From positions 1,931,308 through 1,995,307 of the forward strand of contig MU061578.1 of NCBI GenBank assembly GCA_013265495.1: 64,000 nt of DNA, read 5' to 3'. Under the pieces are notes generated by a model. It ran no database searches. It saw only the letters and a program-made list of their open reading frames with translations, and had not been told where the DNA came from. The position numbers and the translations under genes were made by a program. The DNA comes from Vicugna vicugna (taxonomy: Eukaryota). How positions within the stretch are numbered: the stretch's first letter is position 1; every line of letters begins with the position of its first letter. Positions 24,201 to 37,249 of this stretch are shown here, in pieces.

Positions 24201-27200
24201 GAGAGCCCATCAAAAACTGGCATTGGTTTTGTTTGTTTTTTTTCCCCCTCAAAGTTTCACCTACTGTTGCAGAACTACACATCTAGATTTGGCCCAAGGT
24301 CATAATGGAGGCAGGTCTCTAAATCAGGGCTTGGACCACGTATGGGAGCAAAGAATTGGAAGCAACCTAAGTGCCCAGCAACAGGGGACGCTTTCAATAT
24401 ATGGTGGTGCAGCTGGACTATGGACACTTCAAGTAAATGTTACAGATTCATAAGTTGACATGGAAATTGTCCACAATATGTGTACAATGATGGTAAAGAA
24501 GAATATACAGAATAATATCCCCTACTTTTTTGCCTATTGAGAGAGAGGGCGAGAGAGAGAACGGGAGAAGGAGCCTAACAGCTCTACAGCATAGTTACCA
24601 CGGCACCACAAGTGCTAGCGCCATGGTATTTATTTTAATTTTCTAAGTTTTTGCTTTGACATACACAATGCAATCAACAAATGTTCATTTCATGTCTATG
24701 ATGCAGAGAAATGCATGCAAGGGGCTCATACGAGAAGAAAAGCCTGTAATTCCTGGGCGACCTTATTAACCCTCATCAAGCAGCTATTTATCACAGATTC
24801 ATCGCATGCTGAGCCCTGGTAGAGGTGCTGGAGAAGCAGCAAGGAGCAAGGCAGACATGCCTTGGCTCTCCTGGGGCTTCTCCTACAATGGAATTGAGGG
24901 AAAGACAATAAATAAGCAAATGGCAAACACAGGAATTTAACACTGGGCTCAAAGTCTCTCTCATCACCTCACGGGCTTCATCCCCACGATGGCATCCTTC
25001 CTGATGCCCTGGCCTCATACGTCGGTTTTAGCAGCCTTGCACTGTGTCTCAGCCACCCCCGATGCAGCCCCTCTTAAACTCTCACATGTAAGACTTCCAA
25101 TGTCTCTCTCCGCACATTCTCATCTTTCCCCACAACAATACTAAAGCATCTTAGTGGTCTATTCAGACAGGTTAGTCTTCTACATTTGTCAAGTTCGACT
25201 CTTGCATTCAAATGCCATCTATCACCCTAACTGTCCTACAGCTAAGGATCAGTCAGCCCCAATGATCCTGGGACCATGGGCCCAGAATCGATGGTCTCCT
25301 CAGGATTGCTAACCTGCCTTGAGTCATCCCCAAAACCCATTTTCCTCCTAATAAGAATGGAGCAAAATTAAACGACAAACATAATTTCTGTGAGGTCCAT
25401 GATGACATCAGCAGGCCTTGCCTGCTGTTCAGGCGCTCTCCCCAGCTCTAAGTCCACACTGCAGCATGCCACAGCAGTTCCCAGACCCTCATCCAACTCC
25501 TGACACCCAGTGTCATCAGATGCCCCAGGCAGCTTTCCTTTACTAAAAGCATCAAGGTCATACGACCCCACAGGGAATCTGCTGAGTTTTAAAAGACAGA
25601 GAAGTGAAAAGGGCCGGTGAAAACACAGAACACTGAGCACCACAAGACAGGATGCGCCCAGTTAAACATTCCCCAACCAATACTTCATAAACTCTGCACA
25701 GGAAGGACTCTGTCTTCCCCCAGGACTGACAGAGTGAGAGAGACACCGGAGCTGCAGGTATCAGAAAGACATAAAGACCTTAGCAGACCTCATAGTCCCA
25801 GAAGGATAAAATTACTGATTATTATCTATTCTCTGACAGGTCCGCTGATGGGCAATGTTTACTCATATTCTGTAATGATCAAAACCCATTTTCAAGGTTG
25901 TCTTGCTATACACTTGTTACAGGTACTGAAACTGGGCTCAATTTAAGTAATCTGCACGTAAGCAGTGTGTATGGGAGCTGGACATTTGAACTCAAGCCTG
26001 TCGGAGCCTAAGTAACAGACATGACCTCTTCCCTCAGCTGTTAACACTTTAGTTAGAAGGAGGAAAATAAGCAGAAGTTGAAGGGAATTGTTATGGGAAA
26101 TTCTCAAAAAAAACCCCAAAAAAACCCGACATGCGTCCTGAAACCTTCTGCATCATGCAATGATTTTTTCTTTCCCTTCCCGTGTGAACAGATTAAACTA
26201 ATAGATTATGAGCATTATTCTTAAGCAACTTATATCAGGGTTGATGGGAGCCTGTTCTTGAAAGATAAGCTGCATATCAGCACTGAGGGAAAATGAATTA
26301 AAATGCAAATCTGAGTGTGCCCCCATTGTTAGACTATCTTTAATAGATATGTCTTCCTGAATACATCACAGGCAGAACTGTCAGTTTGCATCCCAAATAA
26401 AGCGAAACCAACCTCTAATGGCATTTCACTAAGGGTAGAGTTTATAATTGGATTTTGCCATGGGTGGAGTTTGAGGTTGACCTTCACCTAGACCCCATAA
26501 TCTTAGCCTCATAGAGGAAGAAAGAAAAAGGACAATGATTTCACAATTTCCCCTCCCTGACCCCTTTGAGAAGCAGTGGTTTGATGGAGCACATAAAGCC
26601 TCAGGTGCAAGGCTGCAAGGTACGGGGGAACCCCTATATCTTCTGCTCCCCAATCCCAAAGCGGGCACTGCCCGCCCTGAGGCTCCAGGTTGAACCCATG
26701 ACTGACAAAACCCCACCTTCAGGCAGATGCTGACAGCAGCTCCATCAAGAGCTACAGGCTACTCTACTTGGGCACTGCACTTAAAAGTGACTAAAACGGC
26801 AGGTGAAAAATCTTTGAACGGACTCTGTCTGAGGGTATTCCCAAATCCCCATCTCATTAGGATCAAGAGTCAGTGCTATCGTGCTAGAGAAGATGGGCAT
26901 CCAAAAGTTTGTCAGATTCCCCCGCTAAAAAAGGAGCAATGTGATGTTTAAACACTAAACAAACAAACAAAAGGAACATCCAAAGACACGTCAGAAGGCT
27001 GCAAAAATCCTGGAAATCACAATAATGGCAACAATAGCGAACATTCGCAGTTTTAAAAAGCCAGAGGAGAAGTACAGGTAAGAGCCACAGACTTAAAATA
27101 GGAAAGAAGGAGGAATCAGGCTGGTAGAAAAGGTCTGCAGAGGAAGTAGAATTTAAGCGGCAACTTGAAGGGTGCGAGGTCATGGAAGAAAGAGCCAAGC

Positions 27201-27279
27201 AGACCCGCAGAGACAGGCGTAGGTACCGGGAACACAGAATGCCGTTCACATGGGTTTTGCCTTTTCCTGTCCAATGTCC

Positions 27280-27780
27280 CTCCTGTCCTCTGAGTAACAG
27301 AACCCACTAGTCTTTAGCAAACAGCCTCCCTCCCCGTCATACGACCCTACCTCCCAAGACACAGGGTTGGGTATGTGACTGTTGAGAGTAGCCAGGCTCC
27401 GCCCAGAGCGGGAACTGATCTAAGATCAGGCAGCGAGACAGGTAGAAAGAGGCCTCCCTTATTCAGACACTGATAGGGTATCTGGAGTGAGTCTCTTCTT
27501 TTCCTGAAAACAAAGACACAGATGAAGTTGGAAGTCTGGTGTCCTGATCACCACACGAAGACAGCCTGTCTGAGAATGAGACCAAAATAGAAAAAGAAAT
27601 CAGAGATGAGTGATGGAAAGAAGGAAAGACTCGGGGGGGGGGGGCTGATGACATCATCTGAGGGACTGAATCTGGCCACTTAAACGCGGGAACCAACAGA
27701 ACTTCCAAGCAGGTGGGCCAGCTTATATTCCCTGTCTCACTTGTTTGAGTTGGGTCCCTGTCATGAGGACCCCAAGAGCC
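27280..27780 (+). mobile_element. Old MLT1 (J/K-like) MaLR LTR
   Basis: GACAGCCTGTCTGAGAATGAGACCAA...CTGATGACATCATCTGAG...GTTTGAGTTGGGTCCCTGTCA. Confidence 0.65.
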
Positions 27781-28534
27781 CGGAAGGACACGAAGTCCAG
27801 GTCAGTGGGAGGGGAAAGACCGTGAGGTGGGGGAGGCTTGAGCAGTAGGTGGGTGGCATATTTCCAGGTCAGTTACCGCCCTGAATTGACAACTAAGAGA
27901 GAGGCTTTCTACTTTGAGAACCAGAAGCCACTGGAAGACAAGAGTCTCAATGATCTACTTTTAAAAAAAAAACTAATGTGAATAGGAAAATAAAAGACTA
28001 TACTTTGCCTAAGAACTGAAGCCTTTTGTAGGAATAATTTCTACTCCACCATGTATGTAGGGGGTGGGTTTGGGAGAGTAGGGTGCAGCACACACCTCAG
28101 AGAAGAAACATTTAATACCATCAAATCGAGTGGCCGATGGCAGCATCCCAGCAATTCTAGGAGGTGAGTTTGACGTCTGTCTCTTTTCTCAAGCACTGTC
28201 CCACGTTTCTGTTGGCCTCTCCTTTCCCCTACACCTTACAGATCTCATCTGCCTTCCACAGTCGAGTGATCAGACAGCTCAGGGTTCTTGCAAATAGCCC
28301 TTAACCGTCGCTGAGTCCTGACAGGGCTGAACAAAAAGAAAGAGGCCATCTCTCTGTAGCCAGAGACCATGTCATTCCCCAAGCATGCTGCCCATTTGTA
28401 TGTTCACCTGCATATTTATCAGAATTCAGAAGAAGCCGGCAGAGCTGTCGTCCCAGCCACACCACTACGACTCTTTAGGGAGACTGAAAATCTCGAGTTT
28501 GGCCGAGAAAATTCTAACTAGTTGAAATTAACAT

Positions 28535-28548
28535 CCACCAGAGGGCAG
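28535..28548 (+). promoter_or_regulatory. CTCF core motif
   Basis: CCACCAGAGGGCAG, exact match to CCASNAGRKGGCRS. Confidence 0.55.
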
Positions 28549-28589
28549 ACTTGTTATCTTTAGTGGGTTCGAAAGCTCAAATTTTAACT

Positions 28590-28702
28590 CCATGGGCGAA
28601 GACTATGAAAACGAATATCTATATGTTCATGTATGACTGAAGCATTATGCTGTACACCAGGAATTGACACAACATTGTAAACTGGCTGTACTTCTACATA
28701 CA

Positions 28703-28738
<36 letters not shown>

Positions 28739-28775
28739 GGCACACCCCCCAAAACAACAACAACAACAACAGCAG
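28590..28775 (+). mobile_element. Very short L1 3' end with (TACA)/(CA)/(AAC) tail
   Basis: GACTATGAAAACGAATATCTATATGTTCATGTATGACTGAAGCATTATGCTGTACACCAGGAATTGACACAACATTGTAAACTG, followed by microsatellites. Confidence 0.85.
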
Positions 28776-28974
28776 AAAACTCCTCGGGTGAGACGTCTGC
28801 AAAGACCTGCTTCCTAAGCACTGTCGCTTCTTTGGTTGTTACTGTTTTCACACAAAAAAACTCGGTCACTCGCGCTCCCTGGAGAAGAGGACTACATGAT
28901 TGTTCCTGGTTGGTGAATGCAGTTCAGAAGACTAATATTTTCTACCAGTAAATAAGTGAATATAAAACTACAAT

Positions 28975-29200
28975 AGTGAGCACTCATTTACTGAGCACTT
29001 ACTACATGTCAAGTCCTTCATTTAGCACTTTGCTTTCATGACCTCATTTAATCTTTAGAATAACCGTTATCGGCTACGAATGTTACTGTCCTCTCCATTT
29101 AAAAACTGAAGAAACTGAGGCTCAGTTTTTTCGTTGATCTGTCTAAAATCACATGGCTAATCTGTGAATGACAATCCGTGATTGTAACCCAAATAATCAG
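28975..29200 (-). mobile_element. MIR SINE
   Basis: CATTTACTGAGCACTTACTACATGTCAAG...GAAGAAACTGAGGCTCAG. Confidence 0.85.
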
Positions 29201-29930
29201 AAACTAAATTCTAAATTATAGCAAAAATAATATATATATATAATATTATCAATTAAGTATGTATATGAATAATGGTAACAATCCTTTGCATATTTACAAC
29301 GATTTAGCTAATTATAAACTTTTCCCCCATAACTTTACCGAAGATCTTTTAATTTTAAAAATTCAGCTGGGTAGGACTCCAGGATTTTTAGATGGTGTTT
29401 AGTAAACATTTCAAACACACTGACAGTCTTCTTGTGATGAGCTCCACTGAGTGTGTGTACATACAATGAAAACATTTTAATAAGAAAAGGAATTTCAATC
29501 CAAAAAGGAACTTTCTGGAAAATGTGACTACTATCTGATGTTTAAATTTGAGAAATGCAATGTTCCCAGAATAGAAACAGATATGCAAAGAACAATCTCA
29601 CCACCTGAAGAGATAAATTTTAGAATTCCAGTTTAATTTATAACTATTTATACTGTTACCAGGCTATGCTATGAAAGAAATCTAATAATTGGCATTAATT
29701 ATCATTCGAAGGTATGTAAGTACAAGTATCTGCCTGATTTTGAGTGCACAGACATAATATCACAACAAACAAGTCCTTCTGCAGCTGACAGTCTTAGGAT
29801 GATGGCTAATATCACAGAATCTCTAGTTACAGGATTTAAGACACAATGAAGAAGGCAACATTTGACAGGCAGGAACTTCTCCCTTCCTCCCTAAATTGGC
29901 ACTTCCTTTATAACCCTGTCCCCTTCTGGA

Positions 29931-29975
29931 AAAATCTTAGTTAAATGCATACATATTGCATTTAACTAAGGTTTT
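29931..29975. repeat. Inverted repeat (hairpin)
   Basis: CTTAGTTAAATGCA (29936-29949), 7-nt spacer, TGCATTTAACTAAG (29957-29970). Extends to 19 bp with one T:G pair. Confidence 0.95.
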
Positions 29976-31324
29976 AAGTAAAAATATTCCTACAGGCACC
30001 CGTCAGATTCAGGTTAAAATGTCAGCTGGACACGGCATTTCTACATATCAGTGATGTTTAAAATCTATTTTAAAATATGTTCTACAGAAACGTATGAAAA
30101 GAAGAGAAAATAACCATCAAGGCTTTCCAGTCTTGAGGCGAAGATACCAAGATGCTTCTTAAGCTTAGAGAACATCCAGTGTTTCCATGAAAACCCCACT
30201 GTCCATGGAAACGCATTAACATACCAACTCGACTGAAAAGCAACTACAAAGACTGGACAATTCATCTGATTTTTTTCTAGCTCTAGAAACCCTCAGATGC
30301 TAAGGTATTCAGTATAATTAAGGGTTGCAACAATGAATGAACTTACCCTCCCTTTATGCTCACGTGGGATTCCTTCATGCATAATGAAACGCCCAAATGA
30401 AATCTGTGCTACCAAAAGCTGTTTAGCTCAGAACATCTCTCAGAAAAATATAACTGGCTTGACAAGGATTTCACAGGGAACGGTCTTTACCGCCCCACCA
30501 AGCACATTTTCAGAAGACTCTTCCGGTCTTCTGGCCAAGAGAGTCCCTTGGTCTTCTCCCACCCTGTCATCACTTCCAGAAGCTCTCCTTTTGAGACAGG
30601 ATGCCTCCCATTGAAGGGACCTACTTCCACAGCAACCTTTCCCGCAGCCCTGCGCCCAAAAGGTGATTCATAATTAATCTTCCCAGGGCCTTCCTCTATG
30701 TCGAGTTATTGCTTACACGCAGAAGTACATTGCACACCCGTCGTCCTCCACTTGTGGTGCAACATCCCGTGATGCACATCCCTATGAACTCATCTGGGTG
30801 CTGCATTTCTCCCTCAGACTTGTCCTTCCTTGAAACACGAGTACCACTGTCCTTGGGGGAAGAGAGAGGGGCCACCTCCCAGAGCTCTGGTCCCTTGTGC
30901 AGCCCGTGCCTGGGAGTGGTTCACATTTCACTGCCCTGCACGTCTGTCCTTGTGCAGAAAGTTGCAGCACCTTTTCAGGGCGCACCTCTCACTTAAACAT
31001 CAAGCCGTGAGCACGCCCAGCACTTCCTGTCTAAAGCACAAATCCTGTTCTTTGGAAATGTGCGCTGTCAGATGCTGACACTCTGTGGAAGAGAGTTCTC
31101 TTTTGTGTAATGCATTTGCAGCTCATGCTGGTTTAATAGCTAAGAAAAAAAGTCAGACATTCCAAGAGGAACCCAATTAGATGGTTGTGAAGAACTGACA
31201 GTGCTTTGCAGCTCCCCCAGCTTCTGAAAGCATATTTGGCTAAGAAAGCATGTACTCTGACACCTAATTTGGTTCAACCTACTCAAAGTTTGTTTCTTCT
31301 GATTGGCAGGGGGTTGGGGGCGGG

Positions 31325-31340
31325 NNNNNNNNNNNNNNNN
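31325..31340. other. Assembly gap (16 N) inside a G-rich run
   Basis: GGGGGTTGGGGGCGGG[N16]GGGGG. Confidence 0.99.
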
Positions 31341-31774
31341 GGGGGAACCTGTTAGATGATCCAGAAAGAAAAAGTATCTGTTGGTAATAGTAACCCAAAA
31401 CAAGGCAGTTTCCATCTTGGAACAATACAGAAGCCAGAGCTTGGTTTCTCCAAAGGTAAGCCAGGCACGCATGGAGGACAGTGACTTTTTCTGGGTACAG
31501 CGGAAGCACTCGGCTCCAGCTCTTTCAAAGATACTCTCCTCTACTGCCCTGAATGGTGTTGGCATTTGTCATTTGAAAGTCGCTGTGGAGTGGAGCAGAT
31601 GACATTCAATTCCTTTCCAGACATATTTCTGATGAGCCTTTATGCTCTGACTTGGACCTTAGCTTCCATAAGCTTTTCTCTGCAGGACACGTTCCCTTCT
31701 CAACTTGCATGGGAGAGACAGTCCACTCATCAACCTCCCAGCTAACAGGGTAGAGGACTGCTTGAGAGAGAGAT

Positions 31775-32600
31775 CACTTATTCATTCCAAAAACTATTTA
31801 AGGCCTGATCAAGGGGCAAGGCTGCAGAACAGAGTTAGACAAGGCTCTGCTCTTACAGAGCTGACACTCCGGGGTCAGCGGAAAGGAGAGAGACGAAACG
31901 CAGATAATCAAGGAGTGAGTGTTCTAGTAATAACAAAACAGGATTACTGGGGAGCACGATGTGGGCGCCCTCCCACAGACTGAGTGGCTGTGGTCGGGGA
32001 AAGTCTCTCCCTGTGACAGTTGAGATGGACGTTCTCCCAGAATGACAGTGTTGACCTTGAGAAGGCATGATGCAGAGTACCTCAGGGAGGGACCTGCAAG
32101 TGCGAAGTCCCAGGATGGAGCAAGCTTGGCGTATAAAGGGCCAGCCAGAGTAGTGGGAGACAAGATCCTAGAGGCATCAGGAGCCAGATTATGGAGAGCC
32201 TTGAAGACCTGGCTAAGGACTCTGGGTTTTGTTCCAGCCATGTTGTAAAGCCACCGGGGTAAGATGTGATATGATGCATGCCCAGAGAGAGAGCATCACT
32301 CTGGCTGGATGTGGAAGAATATAGATGCAAAAGCTGGGTTACGAGGCTCTACTAGAAATCAGCCAAGGATGCTGGAGTTTGTCCTGGGATAGTGGCCCCA
32401 GACAAGCAGAGAAGGGGGTGGACCTGGGATATGATTTGGAGGAAGAACTAGGGATGAGGGACGTGTGAAGGAAAGACAAGGTGTGGTGGGTGAAGGGAAG
32501 TCTAGATTCAAGGTTGACGCTCTGATTTCTGGCACTTCTGAGGTGCGATAAGAACAATGTCAAGGTGATTCTATGGACCTGGTTGGGGAGGGGTTTAAGC
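31775..32600 (-). mobile_element. L2 LINE 3' portion
   Basis: ATTCATTCCAAAAACTATTTA (reverse L2 end)...GAGCCAGATTATGGAGAGCCTTGAAGACC...AGCATCACTCTGGCTG. Confidence 0.8.
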
Positions 32601-33964
32601 AAGTCTCAGGTTCTGCTCTTAGGCACCCGGCCACTACTCTCTGAAGTTATTCCAGTACCTGAAGACAAACGAGAGAACAGCCCAAACCTGAAGAGATATT
32701 GACTCAGTGCTTAACATCCTTTTCTTGGCACTTTGAAGTAGCAGTTTTCCTTTCTATGGCCACACCAAGTCAGGCTTCTATTTGTCTTTTTTGTTGGTAT
32801 GGGCAACAGGTGGAACCAAATCACATCCCTGCCAAATGTATAAGGAACTATAGGATGCAGCTTGAACAAGAGAGCTGCTGAAAATCTAGCTCAAGAGCAT
32901 ATTCACTTAGTTCCTGATATGAACATGACATTGCATCATCTATAGGAGAGCTGGGAAAGCCAAGGGGCAGAGGGAGAAAGCAAGAGAGGAGGCAATGCTT
33001 TTATTCATTCAACAGTATTGACTGGGTACCTGATACATGGCAGGCACTGGGCTGGGCACTGGGATAGAGGAGTTTCTGCCTTCAGGAGCTTAGAGACCAG
33101 GAGAGGACACCCGCAGGCCTCTAAGAATCTCCATAGTGAAAGTAAAATCACAACCATGGCAAGAGCTGGAAGACAAGGACCTTGTCCCCAAGAAAGCCTA
33201 TGACAGAGAAACATGATCCAGGCACAAATGACTAGATAACCTGCTTAACTTCTGGTGGATTCCTAAATCAATTCTCTTAGAATTCAAGTTCTCAGACGCT
33301 GCCAACCTCATTTTCCCATAGCTCTCTAACTCCAGAAAATAGGATTGAAATGCAGAAAATCAGACCTTTTACGGGTATAACACACGCTGCAAAATGTTTT
33401 CAGGTAAGTGCCTCTAGACAAGGACTTCGGTCTGATTTTTCTTTGTCATTCACGATGCCTGACTCATAGGAGCTACTCAATAAATATTTGTTTAATGAAA
33501 CTAACAACTTGAAAGGAAGTTAAAAAAAAAACCCACCAGTCCATTTGCTAGAACATTAGAGCAAAAAATGACAATAAGTTTCAGTGAAAGGTAATCATGC
33601 GTAAGTATTCCAATAAAATTCAGATTTGGGTTTTATATAAAAACGAAATGAGATTCTTTATGACTGAAAATCACAGGAAGCCCCACAGGCATGTAGAGAT
33701 GGGTAGGAGCCACCATTAGTTCTGTCACTATTGACTAACAAGCTGAACTTCATTGAACTTCTGAGACGGAACTAGACAGTCTTATTCATAATCATCTGAT
33801 TGCTTGGAGGCACATTACCTGTGATTCATAGTCTTCAGCTCAATCCACCCACTTTCGGCAAAATACTGACTCAGCCAGGGCCAGGGTCCCACCCAGGCAG
33901 CTGCAAGCACAGCGTTCTTTCAGATCAGCATTTTGTCTGATGCCCAGTGACTAGGGAGGACATC

Positions 33965-34415
33965 ATTGCTGGCTGCCCAGAATTCATCCCATCTTCCTTC
34001 TCAGTTTTATTTTAGGGACCAACCTTCCACTCCCCCGTTTCCATGTGGTTCAGATCCAGCTGACTGCAAAGTTCACCTCCACCTTCAAAGCTGGTCCCAT
34101 GACCAGTTCTGATCAGTCAGTATATCCCATCTTTCTGTCCATGGTTATCAGTTAAGGGATCGATATATGATGTAAGGCTACCCACTAGGCCCCAATCTTG
34201 GTGCTTCCATGTGAACTACTGGAAAAGGTGGCTTTCTTTTCACTGGGGTTCCCAAAGATGGTAGGCTGAAGTTGCTGGTGATCACCTTTGTCAAGAGTGG
34301 AATCCACTTGGCAATCAACACAACAGAAGGGAAACTAGTTATTTGAGTCTATAAATGACCTCTTTGCCTTAAATCAGTTGGAGTGAGGTTTCTGGTATTT
34401 TCAAATAAGAGTCAG
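33965..34415 (+). mobile_element. Old MLT1 (K-like) MaLR LTR
   Basis: TTTTATTTTAGGGACCAACCTTCC...CCATGTGGTTCAG...GCCTTAAATCAGTTGGAGTGAGGTTTCTG. Confidence 0.6.
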
Positions 34416-34459
34416 CATGAGAAAGCACCAATGGTACAATTTATACAGTCCTGGCCAAC

Positions 34460-34651
34460 CAGGACTGCCAGAGTGAGCAAATACAAATACACAATGCCTA
34501 GCTAAATATGAATTTCAGACGGACAGCCAAAAGTAGTAATATAAGCATTCTCCATGTGATATGTGCGGCGTATTTGCTAATAAAAAATTATTCTTCATCC
34601 CTCTGGAATTCAAATGCAACTGAACACCCCACGTCTCATCTGGCAATCCCA
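34460..34651. mobile_element. MER53 (hAT) palindromic MITE
   Basis: Ends CAGGACTGCCAGA / TCTGGCAATCCCA, with internal inverted arms AAATATGAATTTCAGA / TCTGGAATTCAAAT; ~190 bp as in MER53. Confidence 0.8.
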
Positions 34652-34829
34652 TGCTCAGGGAAGTTGGAGGCCTGGTTTCAAACCTAAGGTGGCCACCCTC
34701 TTACTGTGTGCCCTGAAACCGTACCATCCCCTGTAAGGTTTGTGTCTTTCCTTGTGCGCTTCACAGCGGACGCAAATAAACTAAATCATTATGAAAACCT
34801 AAATACATCTGCCCTGCAGACGGGCCCAT

Positions 34830-35255
34830 TTCAGCAAGAATGCTCGGCTGCAAGTAACAGAAGAGGCCCAAATGGGTTTATAAATGAGCCCATCTATTAC
34901 CTCGCAGACTGAGATGTAAGAGGGGAGGGCGACTCAGGTTGGAGAGGTTGTTGGCGTCAACGGGTCGTTCCCTCTCGCTCCTCCACCCGCCTTAGCACAT
35001 CCCTTGGTTGATGGGCTGGCTCTTCTCAGTCACTTGATGGACACAACATCTTCCTCCATAACCACGTCAAGAGTCAAAAAATAAATATTCTCTTCCCCAT
35101 GTTTCTTGTAAGATCAAGGAAACATCTCACAGGCAGCCCCCAGTAGAAATCTTTACATCCAATGGCCAGCAACAAGGTCACATATCTCCCTCATCAAATG
35201 ACTAGAAAAGAAATATTCTATAATTGATCAAAGCTAACCATGATTCACTTCCTGA
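34830..35255 (-). mobile_element. Old MLT1 MaLR LTR
   Basis: CGGCTGCAAGTAACAGAAGAGGCCCAAATGGGTTTA (reverse LTR terminus)...AATGGCCAGCAACAAGGTCACAT. Confidence 0.55.
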
Positions 35256-35449
35256 GGCTAGTAGAAGCTCCTGTGAAACACGGGGCTCCCCAGTCCCTAG
35301 CCGGGGAGAAGGGGGACGATGGTTGGGGAGGTTATCTACAGCATCTGAGTGCTCCTTCATTTCTTCATGTGTCCCAACAAGTAACAGAACCTTTTTGAGG
35401 GGTGTCCCATAACAGAATGTTGATTTTAAAAATATTTTTAGCAACTTAG

Positions 35450-35680
35450 ATAGAATAATGGAATGATAGTGAACTCTAGGTAAAGAAAGATCTGGGTTTG
35501 AATTTTACCTAGGTTACTACTTCTGGGACCACAAGCAAATAAATCCCTTCCTTTTGATCATCCCCAGTCTCCCGGAGAACGAAGTCCCTATTTTAAAGAT
35601 TGTTGAAAGGATAAAATGACACCATGCAGGGCAGGCATTTACCAGAGTGCCTGGCACAGAATGAATTTCTAAAATCAGTT
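35450..35680 (+). mobile_element. MIR SINE
   Basis: AGATCTGGGTTTGAATTTT...GATTGTTGAAAGGATAAAATGA...GAGTGCCTGGCACAGAA. Confidence 0.7.
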
Positions 35681-36384
35681 GCTGATATCATCTTAAAATG
35701 CTCAGCAAGAGCAATAATCTAAGAACCTCTCCCAAAGTGAAGAGCAAAGTTGATTCTTTTAAATGGGTGAGTTCCTAGGAAAGGCAGGCCCTGGTGATTC
35801 CCACATGGAGATCTCCATTCTTAACCACCTGTCATCTTCCAATCAGACTCCAGGGGGACCACTTCAAAGGGTCTGAGTCTGCGTCATTGTATGTGGAGTT
35901 ACAGTTGGTCGGAGAGAAATGGCTGCCCGTTACAGTCTGCTTTGAGACCTCTATGTCATTTCATACAGGCCACTGAGCAACTGGCAGATGGCAATGCCTT
36001 CTAGTCACTACCAACTTGGGACATTTCTTAACCAGTAAACTGGAGGTGAAACGCTCCTTCTCCCATTACCAAGCCCTCAGAGTGGTTTACATGAACAAGG
36101 GGAAAATCTACCTTCTGGATCATAAAACATATGCTGCTTATTCCAAGGTCTCTGCTTACTCAACAGATAGATGATCCTTCTGGTCTCATTCTGTTTCTAA
36201 GTTTGCAGGCCAGAGTGCCATGATGAATTCCTCAATAGCCCAAACTCCAAAACATTTGACCCTGAATTGCACAGTTGTCTTTTGTTTTAATATGAAGCCG
36301 CCATTCCACATCTTAGTTTCCTATGGCTTGTCTCCTGGATACCCAAGAAGGACACGTGACGGATCTTCTTGTCTACAGCATCCA

Positions 36385-36778
36385 CTGCATGATCAAGTTG
36401 GATTTACTCCAGGGACACAAGGATGGTTCAATATTCACAAATCAATCAGTGTGATACACCACATTAACAAAAGGGAAGGATAAAAAAATCACATGATCAT
36501 CTCAATAGACACAGAAAAAAGCATTTGACAAAATTCAACATCCATTCCTGACAAAAACTCTCATCAAAGTGGGTACAGAGGGAACACACCTCAACATAAT
36601 AATGGCCATTTATGACAAGCCCACCGCTAACATCATAGACCACAGTGAAAAGCTAAAAGCCTGGACCTCTAAATCCAGGAACAAGACAAGGATGTCCATG
36701 CTCGCCATTTCTATTTAACATAATATTGGAAGTCCTAGACATAGTAATCAGACAAGAAAAATTAATAAAAGTCATCTA
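36385..36778 (+). mobile_element. Isolated internal L1 ORF2 (reverse transcriptase) fragment
   Basis: Translates to [29 protein letters not shown] (L1 ORF2 RT region), followed by [10 protein letters not shown] / FDKIQHPFL / GTRQGCP-like segments with frameshifts. Confidence 0.92.
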
Positions 36779-37249
36779 CTTATTTTGAAATCAGCAGGCA
36801 ACCATGTGACATTGGGTAGGGTCCATGGTCACATAACTAATGAGAAAAAAGTTCACCCTCCATACATTCCAAATACTTACAGAATTATTTGACTAATATT
36901 TTCTTTGCTCAACCCTGCATCACATTTCCTCTTTGTCATTTATATCCACTCCCTTGGTGTCTCCCTTGTGGTTCCAACATCAGCAGTAGATCCCCTCCTT
37001 AAGGTAACAGCCATAATCCCTGAGGACGAGCAGATTTATTATCTTCATCATCACTATCTCCCATTCTCCTTCTTCCTACTTTCATTAAAGACCTCACAGA
37101 CAAAAACACCTACACAGACCACAACAGATTCACTATCTGATTTATTCAGATGCAATGCCCTGCCCACTATTTATCTGCCCAACGGTCATATTGCTGGTTT
37201 GGCATGGAATACCCTGACCTATAATTACCATTACAGGAATCACTTAAAT

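Noticed and set aside
25368..25580. Minus-strand coding exon (FPVGSYDLDAFSKGKLPG...)
   Set aside because: A plausible acceptor, but no convincing donor and no recognisable peptide.
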